This document shows, piece after piece, positions 52,680-64,000 of a stretch of 64,000 bases of DNA. The DNA is from Raillietiella orientalis (Eukaryota), in the NCBI GenBank assembly GCA_036172245.1, contig JAYWIR010000005.1, positions 1,984,001 to 2,048,000 on the forward strand. The letters are read 5' to 3'. The notes under the pieces were generated by a model that saw only the letters and a program-made list of their open reading frames with translations, was not told the DNA's origin and ran no database searches. The translations under genes and the position numbers were made by a program. Position 1 is the stretch's first letter; the number at the start of each line of letters is the position of its first letter.

Positions 52680-53570
52680 AGAAAGGCCAGTAGCGATCTC
52701 ACGGAGAGATAGCCACTATTGGTCCAGGATGATTATCACTTGGTTAGACCGGGTCATTTATTAGGTAACGCAACAAAAGTGCATTGGTGTGAACCAATGG
52801 TTTCACCAGGCACAATGAACCTGCCGAAGAGCGGTACGCAGACCGACGAGGTCTGCTTTGGCAGTGGGGGGAAACAAAAACAAAAACAAGGAAAATTAAC
52901 AAACAAAACAGGGGAGGGGAAATTGTACACTGGAAGAGGGGGGATCGATTTAGGGATTACAGTGCGCTGCTCGGTGTCCTCTGCATCCTGTTCAGGATGC
53001 TGGCAACTTCTGTAGGTCCATCTCCAGGCGGCCCTCAGGAAGATCCGCGCCCGATGGATGGCGTCCCTGCCATTCCGATCTCTTCTTCCCGCATCCCAGG
53101 CTGCCACGATTCCGCGGGGAGAGCAGGGAGCTGCGAAGGACGCGGCTGGCGGCAGAGCAGCGCCGCGCACGAAGAGGCGTCTGAAAATGTCCCAGGGCTG
53201 CTCGCATGAATACTTAGGATCGTCGAGAGGCGAACCCAAAGAGGTCGGAGGGCAGCGCAGCCCAACAGCAGGTGTGGAAGGGCCTTCTTCCCACATCTGC
53301 TGCACTCTGAGCGCCCACACTCCCCTGTATCCACTGGTGAAGACGCACTTTGCATGGGATTCCTCCATGCACCAACGGCAACTCCAACTCCTGCCAATTG
53401 AGAAGATGTGCAACACTGCTCCAGAACTCTGGGGCCACTTTACCTCCTCCGAAAGGATGTGGAGCAACTCTCCTCAGCGTAAAAGATCCTTGGGGTGGGA
53501 CACTCAGGGTCGCAGCGTCTGTCACTTTCCGAGTTGTCCACGACTCTAGTACTTCCTCTCTGCTACATTG
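52680..53570 (-). mobile_element. L1/Tx1-clade family L 3' end (copy h)
   Basis: CSRCGKKALPHLLLGCAALRPLW (CCHC zinc knuckle); RGIVAAWDAGRRDRNGRDAIHRARIFLRAAWRW; T-rich UTR, AATAAA and an A-rich tail. Confidence 0.8.
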
Positions 53571-53596
53571 ACGAATTAGAATGTCTCTTGGCCTAG

Positions 53597-53880
53597 GATG
53601 ATGGAAATCCTTTTGAATTCTCCTGTCGCTCTGCTTTCTTTCCAGCGTTTTTTTTTTTCTTCCGGGTTTTCTTTCTTTTGGCCCGTCCAAGGGCTTACAA
53701 AACTTTTTCACGCTGTCCACGCCACCTGGAGGTGCGTTTAGTACTCTTAGAAAGTTACTAGGAGGGACCATTTTATGAATCCAGGAAAGCTCCTAAGGAG
53801 TCAATTCCTCTTATACTTGGAATGGATCTCTGAAGGGAACTCTTCCTCATTCTCTAAGGAGGGACCCCCCGATAGGAGCC
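53597..53880 (-). mobile_element. SINE family S copy 7 (3' part)
   Basis: gatgatggaaatcctt, ccacgccacctggaggtgcg, tatgaatccaggaa. Confidence 0.75.
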
Positions 53881-54285
53881 AGATTTCCTCGATGACAGAG
53901 GGCCACTCCGTGGTCGTCCATTCGCCCATCCTACCGGCATGACGGCAGGGATGACCGGGGACGATGTCCTCTGCGCCTTTGGGTAACTCAGCGTGGTCAC
54001 GAGCCGCGGGCGGATGCTGGCCTGGTCCCTGGTGCCGGGCTGGCAGCGGCGCTTGCGAATGGGAACGAAGGGGAAGAGATGCCCCGCTGCGGGCGGGCCA
54101 GGAGTGAGCGCCTCTTCCTTTCATGTTGGCCATCGGCGGAAAATACCGGGCACGTCGGCGCGTCGAAGGGTTGCTTGACCCTCAGCATAAGGCCGAGCTG
54201 TGTGAAGGCATCGCGGTGTCACCATTGGGGGTCAGGTCAAGCCACTTTCTAAAAGAGGTTCGGTTTCGAAATACTGAATGATAGA

Positions 54286-55344
54286 AATCCCGAAAGGTCA
54301 ATCGCACCTCCGCTTTTTCCACAGGGATGAACATACAAATTCATTTTCAACATGAATAGCCATTCCTATTTATTAACGTGTTTATTATTAACAGTAATAA
54401 TATTGGAACACACTTATTTAAGATTTATTGACACTCATTTTATTAATAAAATTAATAAGTTGTTGATTATATTGTTGACATATACATAAAAGAATGAATA
54501 AATGTACATGCTAATTGTATCTACTGACATGTATATTTTTATAAAGATTGACATATACATTGATGTGTATTATGAAGACTATGATGAATAAACACATATG
54601 CTTATTTACATGAATTAATGTACAAATTTACTTAATAGCTATTCGTATTCATTAACGTGCATATTATGAATAGTAATGCTATTGAAGATATATTTATTAC
54701 AATTGACTGACATACATTTTATTAATGCAGTTCATTAGTTGTCATATTCATATTAAAAATACATTGTTCATATCATATAAAATTTCTTTAAAAAGAAACA
54801 TATCTGCTCATCAAATGCATCAGTATTTATAGTTAACATAAATGTATGTGTGAATATAAATATGTACATATGTATGTGAGTATGTATACTTATATATATA
54901 AAAGTGGAAATACACATACATATTTAGAGAGAAACTTGTATATATGTACGTATGCATACATATATATGTAAATATATATATATCTATGTTTAGATATATC
55001 TCTATATATACATATAAGGAATATGTATTTAATGAATACACGAACATTAAATTTTCTTTTTTGCTTCATAAAAATATGCATGTCGATATATACAATGAGG
55101 ATGTACATTTATTTTTTATGATCTTCAATATATATGTCAACAATATTAACGAATTATCAATTACATTAATAAGATGCGTGTCAAATAACCTGAACAAATA
55201 CGTGTGTTCCAATATTATTACTGTTAATAATATGAATTGAGGATGTTAATGAATATGAATTGCTTTGTGTGCTCAAATAAATTTGCATATTAATCTGTGT
55301 GGAATAAGCACGTATGTATTTTCTTTTTATGACGTTTCGGGATT
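54286..55344. repeat. AT-rich foldback/MITE-like element with ~260-280 bp imperfect terminal inverted repeats
   Basis: 54286-54546 is the reverse complement of 55064-55344 (for example tattattaacagtaataatattggaacacac exact, and aatcccgaaa(g/c)gtca at both ends). A third degenerate direct copy starts near 54635; TA/TG microsatellite core. Confidence 0.8.
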
Positions 55345-57799
55345 ATTGGATCGGCACCGTCTAAAAGTAAAGGCGGACCACATCGAAGAGGCTGCTGAAT
55401 CCTTGGAAGCAAAGAAAGGGTCGGTCCAGTTTTGTCCTAGGTGGGGTCATCTGATGTTGATGTCGCAGGTTTATTTCATTTGAGAGCTGCTGGGATTCCG
55501 GAAAGAACGAGCTGCTGAAATTCCATCTTGGCCGCTCAGCATTTACGAGCACCGGCCTTCCAGTCTTTTCCCGAAATTCCTTCTCTTCGTTTCTTCGTTC
55601 ACTCACCGCGCAGCACCCCGCACTCGAAGCATCACAAGCAGCTCCATCTCTGATTGCGAAAAGGTACTAGGCGAATTCCCTGAGGGTCTGGAACGAAGCA
55701 AATGGATCTTAGGTTTGGCCCTCTGGTGTCCAACTCCTTTCACGAAATCCACTCTTCCAACACCTCCCGATAATCGTGAGCCTCAAAGCGGTTCGTCTGG
55801 GATAATGCAAGCCGTTCCTCGAACGGGGAAGAGTAGGGAAAACTGAGACGCCGTTGCGAAACTCTGGGGGTTTTCTGAGAGGGCGAGTGTCTCGAGCAGA
55901 AGCAGCGGAACCCGGAAGAGGCGGGTGTTGGTCATGGTTGATATGATCAGAAAGGATGGCAGTCTGTGAATCCACCCTGGTGAAAAAGTTTGGTTTCGGT
56001 CCCCAGGACAAAGCTGTACAGCTGAGCAGGAGAGACAGCGCTTTCCCAAGCATCCGCGAGCTGTGGGCAACTAGAAAACCGCAGGAATGTTTCAGACAGA
56101 AAAAAAACACAAAAAAATTTCACAGTGATCTTTCTTCCTCTAGAGCGCAGCCGAAGCACTCAGCGGCAACCCACTCTCTCTCAAGCTCCCGTCACACCAG
56201 CTCGAACTGTTTATCAGATATCTCTTGTACTTGGCAACGAGACCCTTTCCATGTCTCTGACTCGGGATTTTCAGCGACGCGCCTTTTCATCCTTTCCATC
56301 CTCTATTGTAAATTGTATTTATTCCATCTACTGTATTTCAGGTTGTAATCTACATGTATTGTAGATTGCATTCCTCTATTGTATTCCATCTTCCATTTGA
56401 AAAAGATAATAGGGGATGGAAGAGCTCGTCGGCAAGGATGATGATCTAGGAATGTAGGCGGAATACACCACCTGATCTCCGAGGTTTCTCCACACGGAAG
56501 CGACACGTTCATGTAGGCCGGATGGACTTCTTTGCCTAAGGCATTACCTCATCAGAAGCCACGCTCATTTGTGCTTCAGTCTGATATGGTATGGGCGCTG
56601 AAAATATCTCACAAGTGGTCCATGACTACGCGGCCGTGTCATACGGACGTGGTGCGATCGTTGAGGTGTCCACTGCTCGAAGTTCTCGTGGAACAGCCCG
56701 AGGAACGATCCCACAGAATGGTTCCTCCTTCCAGCTCGTCGTCCATGCTACTCTCTTGAGCAGATTGTGCTCCCACCGAAATGTGAATCCACGAGTGCTT
56801 GACTCCGGCCGCAGCTGCTCGGCAACAGCGTGCTGAGAAGAATCAACTCGCTTATGCAGAAACCGTGGAAAACGCCCCCGAAAAAATTTCATTTAGGCCT
56901 CCCAAGTCGTTCGGAACAGCCATCCGCTTGTTGATGTTTGCTGCCAAGGCCGCCCGACTGCGTCTTCCAGAGATTTATTGAGCAGCTTGAACCAAGACTC
57001 CATTACAATCACAGGCATTCCGATCAAGAGCATCTGGAATCCGTGCAGAGCGCCTGCTTAATTGACTCGGGTGGAAATCTTTGCCGAGTTGCCTTCCAAG
57101 GCTCAAGCTGAGTGTTGCAGCTTTGGTTATTCGGTCCAACAGCGAAGTGCAGCTGCCTTCCTTCTCTCGAATGGAACAGGCACGAGATGCGGGAGAAGAG
57201 AGAAGAAAATGCATCTGATGAAATGAGGAACGGAATGATGATTAAACAGCTCTTCACGCTATTGCTCAGATGTAATGACCCGAAGACTTTGTGTCAACTG
57301 CGATGGTATCACAGAGAACTGTTAATGAAAGCTACGCAAGAACACGGAATGGAAACTGTATCCATGAAAACGAGAAAAGTCGATGGAAGGCAAGTGAATT
57401 GCATCGCTGCATCGAAAAAGGAAAGGGAAAGATGAATCACGTTGCAAATGGAATCTACCAGACATCTTAAAAGAATGCATCAGGCAACCTAATGGCTGCA
57501 GAGAAAGAAAAGCGTTTGATCCGTAACACCATAGAAAAGGAAATTCTCGCCGCAGGGTGTATTCAGGCTAGGTGGCCCGACCTTTTGCAAACCTTTCATA
57601 GGCAGTTGGAAGATGCTGTTCAAGAAAATGAAGGAAAAAAAAAAAAACGCGTCACGGGGGATTTCGGATGATTCAAGCAGTCACCAAAAATTGGAAAGCA
57701 GGCAAGAGATTCCTCGGATCTCAACATCCTGAGGACGGAAGAGCTCCCGAGGTTCGCAAGACTTCTGCCGCCTCCTCTGCTGAAAATGAGACTTTGTGG

Positions 57800-58100
57800 C
57801 TCATAATGACTTCGAGAGATTAGGCGCAGCGACCGAATGGATGAATGCAGTCTTATATGGGAGCGAAATGAAGTGTCCGCGCGTCCGTCTCATCAAATAC
57901 GCAACAAGCCTTCCCGGATCAACTGGAAGGATCCTTCCGTGTTTTATCGAACCACAAACTCCCATGGTGATAGACTCAAGCGGTAGAATGCAACTTTCGC
58001 TCAGTGACCTGAGTGTCAGCGGAATAAGAAGGCATCCGATGCGTTCTCCAACTGTTCCAAAGCGTGGCCTTGCATTGAACGATTAGAAGCTCTCAGAGGC
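57800..58100 (+). mobile_element. Possible degenerate LINE RT N-terminal relic
   Basis: TSLPGSTG (K.PG.DG-like) and VPKRGLALND* (IPK.G...NWRP-like); weak. Confidence 0.3.
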
Positions 58101-59199
58101 CAACAGCAATACGACGCAGAAAGCAGTATCAGTCACGCGATTCGACACGAGATGCAAAATCTATGGATTCCAAAGATGGAAGCGGCAAGGGAGTTTCAAG
58201 CTGTCAGCATGGAAACAATTAGGAGGCCTTCCGTGACTAAGAAAAAAGAAACGAAGCGACCGAGAGCAGTGTGGTGCTGGGGAAGACACTGGAAACTCTT
58301 TGGAGCGTGGAGCGGAAGTTTGTGTTTTCAGCCCGTCTCGTCAGAGGAATCTGAATAAACATCGAGGCATCAGCCAATCCCACCAGGACTCTTACGAATG
58401 ATGAGCAGCATCCTGGCGGCGGAAGAGATTAAACTCGTACGAAAGCACAGGAAGCTTAGCGTGAAATGTCTGGATAATCTCGTGTGATGTGGCACTCCAT
58501 CCCCCATGCACCATTTGAGACTAAATGCATCTCGAAAATAGGAGTCACTTTTCTTGCAGGAGTGGATAAACTGCCCTCCTCCCCGCAGAACGTTTCTAGG
58601 AGAAGTTAAAAACCCATCTGCTTCCCCAAAGAGAGGAGAACTGGTAAAGAGCAGAAAATATGGCTGCAGAGGCGAATTTTCTCTTCAGTTTCCTGTTCAG
58701 CCGGAGGACAGTAGTTTCATTAAAGCGTTTCTGGTTCCGCCCGAAGACAAACATTCTTCTTTACCGTTAAGTGGACCATTACGTCACTGCTTGAATTCCC
58801 AACGACATGAGTCAAGGAGACACACGTGTAACCCTGATACAAAACACGATACATTCTACGGGTGCATGACTTGCGTAGCTGAGCGACCGGTCCCGAGAAC
58901 GACGCTCGACGAAATCCCTGAGAGGGAAGTGTGTGGGAATTCCCACTGTATTTCGCTTTGTGTTCTCCTCCCCTCCATTTCCACTCACATCCGTCCCACG
59001 AGTCCAACTTCTAAGTCGCCGCCCGCCCAAGTCTTAGTCGAACTGCGGTAAAATTGGAACCGCGAGTTTCCGAATTTTTTGAAAGTTCCATCATGGTTTT
59101 CGCCACCGATCCTCAAAGAGGGATTCATAGGCGCACAGTATGACACGAATAGGCAGCAGCACGAGTCACGAGGCTCCGTGAAGAGTGTCTGCATTTCTT

Positions 59200-60030
59200 T
59201 TTTTTTAAACAAAGCCAGTAGCGATCTCACGGGGAGATAGCCATTATTGGTCCAGGATGATTATCACTTGGTTAGACCGGGTCATTTATTAGGTAACGCA
59301 ACAAAAGTGCATTGGTGTGAACCAATGGTTTCACCAGGCACAATGAACCTGCCGAAGAGCGGTACGCAGACCGACGAGGTCTGCTTTGGCAGTGGGGGGA
59401 AACAAAAACAAAAACAAGGAAAATTAACAAACAAAACAGGGGAGGGGAAATTGTACACTGGAAGAGGGGGGATCGATTTAGGGATTACAGTGCGCTGCTC
59501 GGTGTCCTCTGCATCCTGTTCAGGATGCTGGCAACTTCTGTAGGTCCATCTCCAGGCGGCCCTCAGGAAGATCCGCTCCCGATGGATGGCGTCCCTGCCA
59601 TTCCGATCTCTTCTTCCCGCATCCCAGGCTGCCACGATACCGCGGGGAGAGCAGGGAGCTGCGAAGGACGCGGCTGGCGGCAGAGCAGCGCCGCGCACGA
59701 AGAGGCGTCTGAAAATGTCCCAGGGCTGCTCGCATGAATACTTAGGATCGTCGAGAGGCGAACCCAAAGAGGTCGGAGGGCAGCGCAGCCCAACAGCAGG
59801 TGTGGAAGGGCCTTATTCCCACATCTGCTGCACTCTGAGCGCCCACACTCCCCCGTATCCACTGGTGAAGACGCACTTTGCATGGAATTCCTCCATGCAT
59901 CACCGGCACTGTCACTCACTCCACTTGAAGGAGAGGGTGTCGAGCAGCTGTCTTTAGCGTGAAAGTCCGTGGGATGGGACACTCGGGATCGCAGCGTCCG
60001 TCACTTCCCGAGTAGTCAATGCTCCCCAAG
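59200..60030 (-). mobile_element. L1/Tx1-clade family L 3' end (copy i), near-identical to copy h over ~685 bp
   Basis: 59214-59899 equals 52686-53371 (offset 6528) with about 7 substitutions counted by eye. Confidence 0.85.
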
Positions 60031-60039
60031 GATGGCTCA

Positions 60040-60330
60040 AAGAATGAAAATCCTTTGGGGTTCTTCTGTTTTCGCTGGTTTTCTTCCAACTTTTTTCTTC
60101 TTCGTCTTCTTCGGGCTTTCCTTTTTTCCCTGGTTCTCAAAGACTCCTGAAGAACCACTCGTCTCCTCAGGGAAGGCTCACAAAGCTCTTTAACCCTGTC
60201 GACGCCATCCGAGGGTGTGTGTGACTTCAGTTACGGAGAAACCTAAGAGGGCTCATGCCATGAATCCAGAAAAGTTCTGGAGGAGAGAGTCCTTGTCTCT
60301 TGTTCTTCCTGGGTGGGAGCTGAAGGGAGC
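60040..60330 (-). mobile_element. SINE family S copy 8 (3' part)
   Basis: atgaaaatccttt, gctctttaaccctgtcgacgccatccgagggtgtgtg, catgaatccagaaa. Confidence 0.7.
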
Positions 60331-62019
60331 CTCGCACAGGTTCTCTGGTTGCTCGCCAACAAGCCAGGGTGAGGTTTTCCGGGTGGTTCCTCCCTCCCTT
60401 CCAGCTCATCGAGTGGCACTTGTGCAGAAGCTGCAGAAGCCATGAGCTGGCGTTCGGGCGCTTCCGATTCTGCAGTCCAAGTGGAGGCTGCTCATTATCT
60501 GAGTGGATGGCTCCGATCATTCCTTATGAAGCGCTCACGGCCCGAGGATTTTCCTTCTGAGAATCCAATCAGTCAGGATCCTCTTATTTTCTGGATTTCA
60601 TATCTTCGAGGATTAATTTTCCGCAATAGCTGCTGCTGCAGCAGAATCTTTCCAACAGATTTCGGGATTTCACACATCTGCGACTGGATCGAGAACAGGA
60701 TTAAAAGTCAGAGAATTTATTTGCATTAATCACCTCTGCGCGGAAAGAGATTATTTAGGCACGGGAGGGAACTTCAGATGTCGTCTTCATAAGACGACTG
60801 GCTACTCGGGTGTTTCCGCTGGGAGATGAGTTTCCGTGTCCTCGTATCTGCGTCATCGGACGGAAGCTTCGAAGGAGGTCGGAGACGCAGCTCCGAAAAC
60901 CGCTGGCGGCGACAGCGGCGAGCGAACGGAGAGTTTTCCAACTTCTTCGAGAAGACCCTACCCCTCGAGGAAGCACTCTTGTAGATGCAAGCGCCTGAAC
61001 TCCTGGAGACTCCTGGAGTGAGGGAGGTGAGCTCCATCTATGGGGAATGAACCCGCGTGATCGAGCGGAAGGGGGAGGTGCATCCATCCACTCGCTGAAC
61101 GATGAACGAAATAGGGCAGAAAGGGGCTCGTGACGTCGAGAGAGCACTGGCAAGCAGAAGCCGGAGATGCAAATCAAGATCATCAGACGAGCTTCCCTTC
61201 TGCAACCATCGGATCCTCCGACTACGGTTCGATTTCCTCGGAAGAGGTTCTTCCTTTTTTTTTTTTTTTTTTTCAAGGGATCCGCTGATCTTAATATTTT
61301 GCTGAAAAATCCTTCTCGGCGTAGGTTTTCAGGCTACCGTGCATCTTCCGGGAGGTGTGGTTGTGATCGAAACTTTTCGCAAGAGTGTGCCAGTCTCAGT
61401 CCGTGCAAGAGTTCCGTATGATACCCTGCGCCTGCTCCTTGTAAGTTCTTCCGTCTGTTGCAGATCATGCGTGGAAGGCCATTGAAACCTAACCAGAGAG
61501 GAGCACACATGCGTTGGTGGGTACTCTGCGGTGCGTAAAACCTGCTAGTTGAGTTCAGCATTCAGAAAACCCTGGTCCATTCAAGAGAAGCCTTCGACTG
61601 CTTTCAAATCATCCCCTCAAGCTCGGGCCCTCGTAAAGAAAGCTGAAATGTACGAAGAACACCGATTTCGGGGGTCGTTTTTTGCTTGAAACAGTCATCG
61701 GCTGAAAGTAATTGCTTCCACTGAGGACTAGCAATTATAGATGGAACCATCACCACGCCTCGAGACGTAGGTTGGTATCCTCTCAGAGGGGAACATAAGG
61801 CGTGTTGGAGTGCTTTCTTATCATTAAGAAGCAAAAGGTGGTACATCTGAAAAGCCTGGATTTCTCAACGTCACTTTCGACTTTCCATGCACACTCTAGC
61901 ATAGCGAAGCTTTCCAAAACAAGAGTCCCACAAGTAAAAAACCTGTTACCACCATGCTTCAACTCTAAGATACAACGGTGATGTTCAGTGTTACCAGGTT
62001 CAGTGTTGGATGTTCAGCG

Positions 62020-63200
62020 TTACTATGAAATTACTCACCTCACCGGACAACGCAGTAAAAGGTTAGCGTACGAAACTCGAGGCGAAGTGGTTCAGAAAAG
62101 AATCCACGAAGCCCTGACAGATGAAAATCTCGGGGAATTTATGTTTGGGATTTCATGCAGGAGAACACACAATCTGGAAGCGATATAGAGAGCCTTTAGT
62201 CAAAAGGAACGAAGGCCTCTAGAAGAGAAGAAGCTCGCTGGAATTTTCGAGATGGAGAACCGAGTATGACGGTCGACAACGTCATCTTCACCAGCAGCAC
62301 AAGAAGCAAGCTTATCTCCGGCGCGAGAACACTGCAAAGGGAGCACATATGGTAATCCCTAATCCAAAATCAGATTAGTCAAGGGAAAGTCATGCAGTGT
62401 GTGGGCATGCATCGCTCTTCGAGCTTTTTCCACACTAATGGATACCACCTGAGACTCCCGGATTACAAGTTCATTCACGCAGCAAGGCTAAACCTATTGC
62501 CAATCCACTCTGGGCCAACAAAAAAACCAGAAGGCATCTTTCGGCATTGCAGGACAGAGGACGAAACGCTGTCTCATGTGTTAAATGGATGCAAGAAACA
62601 CGGTACTCTGTCCATGGCACGCCACGACGCGATTCAAGAAATAATCAGGAAGGCCGCAGTGGATGAAGCAAGATGGAGTCTTGTGTCAGGAAACCAGAGA
62701 GTGCCAGGAACAACTCCCGCCCTAAAGCCAGACCTGGTCATGCAAAAACGAGGTTTTCGTGCTAGACGTCTCCTGCCCATAGGAAAATGGAAAGGAGACG
62801 TTCAGCACAACCAGGAAGAACAAGGAAGAGAAATACAAGGACGTAGCAATGCAACTGGGAAAAGGTGGAAAACAAAGCAAAGTACACGCGTTCATCGTCG
62901 GCTCTCTAGGAGTATGGGATCTTGATAACGAAGAAGTATTACAAGATATAGGAATACCAAAGAAGAAGCTGGTGGAACTGAGGCACCGGATGGTGGCTGC
63001 GTGTATCCGATACTCAAGTGATATCTATGCAGCCCACGTCAAAAGGAAAACCGATAGCCAGATGGAGAACCCAGACAATCTTTTCCCACCGGAAGAGAGG
63101 AGACACCATAAAGATGGGGTGAAGGGCGCCACAGAGGAACAAAATAATAACTGCGAAAGATAGTCCAGAGCATCCTGAAACAAGCTATGTAATTGCACAC
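62020..63200 (+). mobile_element. Utopia/NeSL-type RLE retrotransposon, second (diverged) 3' fragment
   Basis: KLLTSPD; ASRREEARWNF; SQGKVMQC; DYKFIHAARLNLLP; RHCRTEDETLSHVLNGC; ARHDAI; LKPDLV; VLDVSCP*EN...KEEKY; IVGSLGVWD; IRYSSDIYAAHV. Contains stops and frameshifts. Confidence 0.88.
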
Positions 63201-63689
63201 ATCAAAAACAACAAAGTTACCAGAACAAACAGAGCTAATGATTTCTGATTTGGGAGTCACTCTTAGGGGCGTTGCGTATGTTTGTTCTGATTCTGATTTG
63301 TTCTGATCTCCAGCCAGTCTGACAACCCTCGATGAGGCGCGATGTGGGAACCAAAAGTTCCAATTGACAAGAACGCTCCATCTATCCGACCATCGAAGAA
63401 ATCTCCGCTGTGAGACGAAATGACAAACTGGGGGCCGATTTCAAAAGGAGATTCTGAGCGTTCAGCCCTGGAGACTTCGCCAGTGTACCACTGATGATGA
63501 AGTCTGAGCCTTTAAGAAAGACTCGACGAGACCAGGGGACACTCGTATCGCCTCCATAAAAGCAACCGACGCCCTTTCAGCTACGAAGCACCAAACACCA
63601 TGTGGCATCTCAAGAAAAGCGGAATCTTTCTCCTAGGAGATAGTCGGAACTATCCATAAGGACTTAGTTCATTCCAATCCCACGTTGGA

Positions 63690-64000
63690 GATTTTTTCAA
63701 GATAGGGGGTGGTATCCCGGGTGAAGACCACCCTATGAATCCAGGAAGGGCTTCGGAAAAGGGAGTGCGTTCCTCTGACGACTGAGGGGGAACCCCCGAA
63801 GGAAACACCCCCAACCTGGTTTTCTCCGGAGGGACCCCCGGCTGGGTACGCTCCATTTTTCTTCTTTAAAGAGAACTCGGAAAGGATTCGCTAGTAGAAA
63901 CTCCTTCTCCAGAGGGAACCCCGCAAGAGAGCCGCTCCTGTTTATTCCTCCTCTGATGAGGACCCGAAGGGACACTTCCGAAATTCAGAAGGGCGCTGCT
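63690..64000 (-). mobile_element. SINE family S copy 9 (runs off the window)
   Basis: ccctatgaatccaggaaggg followed by five ~40-45 bp units. Confidence 0.8.

Noticed and set aside
63953..63985. Hammerhead ribozyme-like core CTGATGA-GGA...TCC-GAAA in a SINE unit (CTGAAGA in other copies)
   Set aside because: GAAA is absent from the copies at 13.7k, 23.0k and 37.0k, and I could not form stem III with an NUH cleavage site. An Infernal search with hammerhead models would settle it.

Overview
Eukaryotic (protostome, probably arthropod; inferred) genomic DNA that is mostly a retrotransposon graveyard. One intact host gene segment is present: the last two coding exons of a 5-HT1-type serotonin GPCR (5661-5770 and 6186-6978, +), with earlier exons apparently upstream of the window. 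Other contents: (i) an intronless, stop-containing importin-9 fragment; (ii) about 9 copies of a long (~750 bp) tRNA-headed SINE-like family whose body is an array of ~40-45 bp hairpin units, one copy directly preceded by a full-length 5S rRNA-like sequence; (iii) about 9 3'-end copies of one GC-rich L1/Tx1-clade LINE family with a shared AATAAA + CCCGG-N5-CCGGG terminal motif, including a ~99% identical pair; (iv) two Utopia/NeSL-type RLE retrotransposon 3' fragments, one ending in a 21-nt U2 snRNA tag; (v) a ~1.06 kb AT-rich foldback/MITE-like element; (vi) many heavily decayed L1-like ORF2 relics. All identifications are by manual translation and motif recognition, no database searches were run, and repeat boundaries are approximate.
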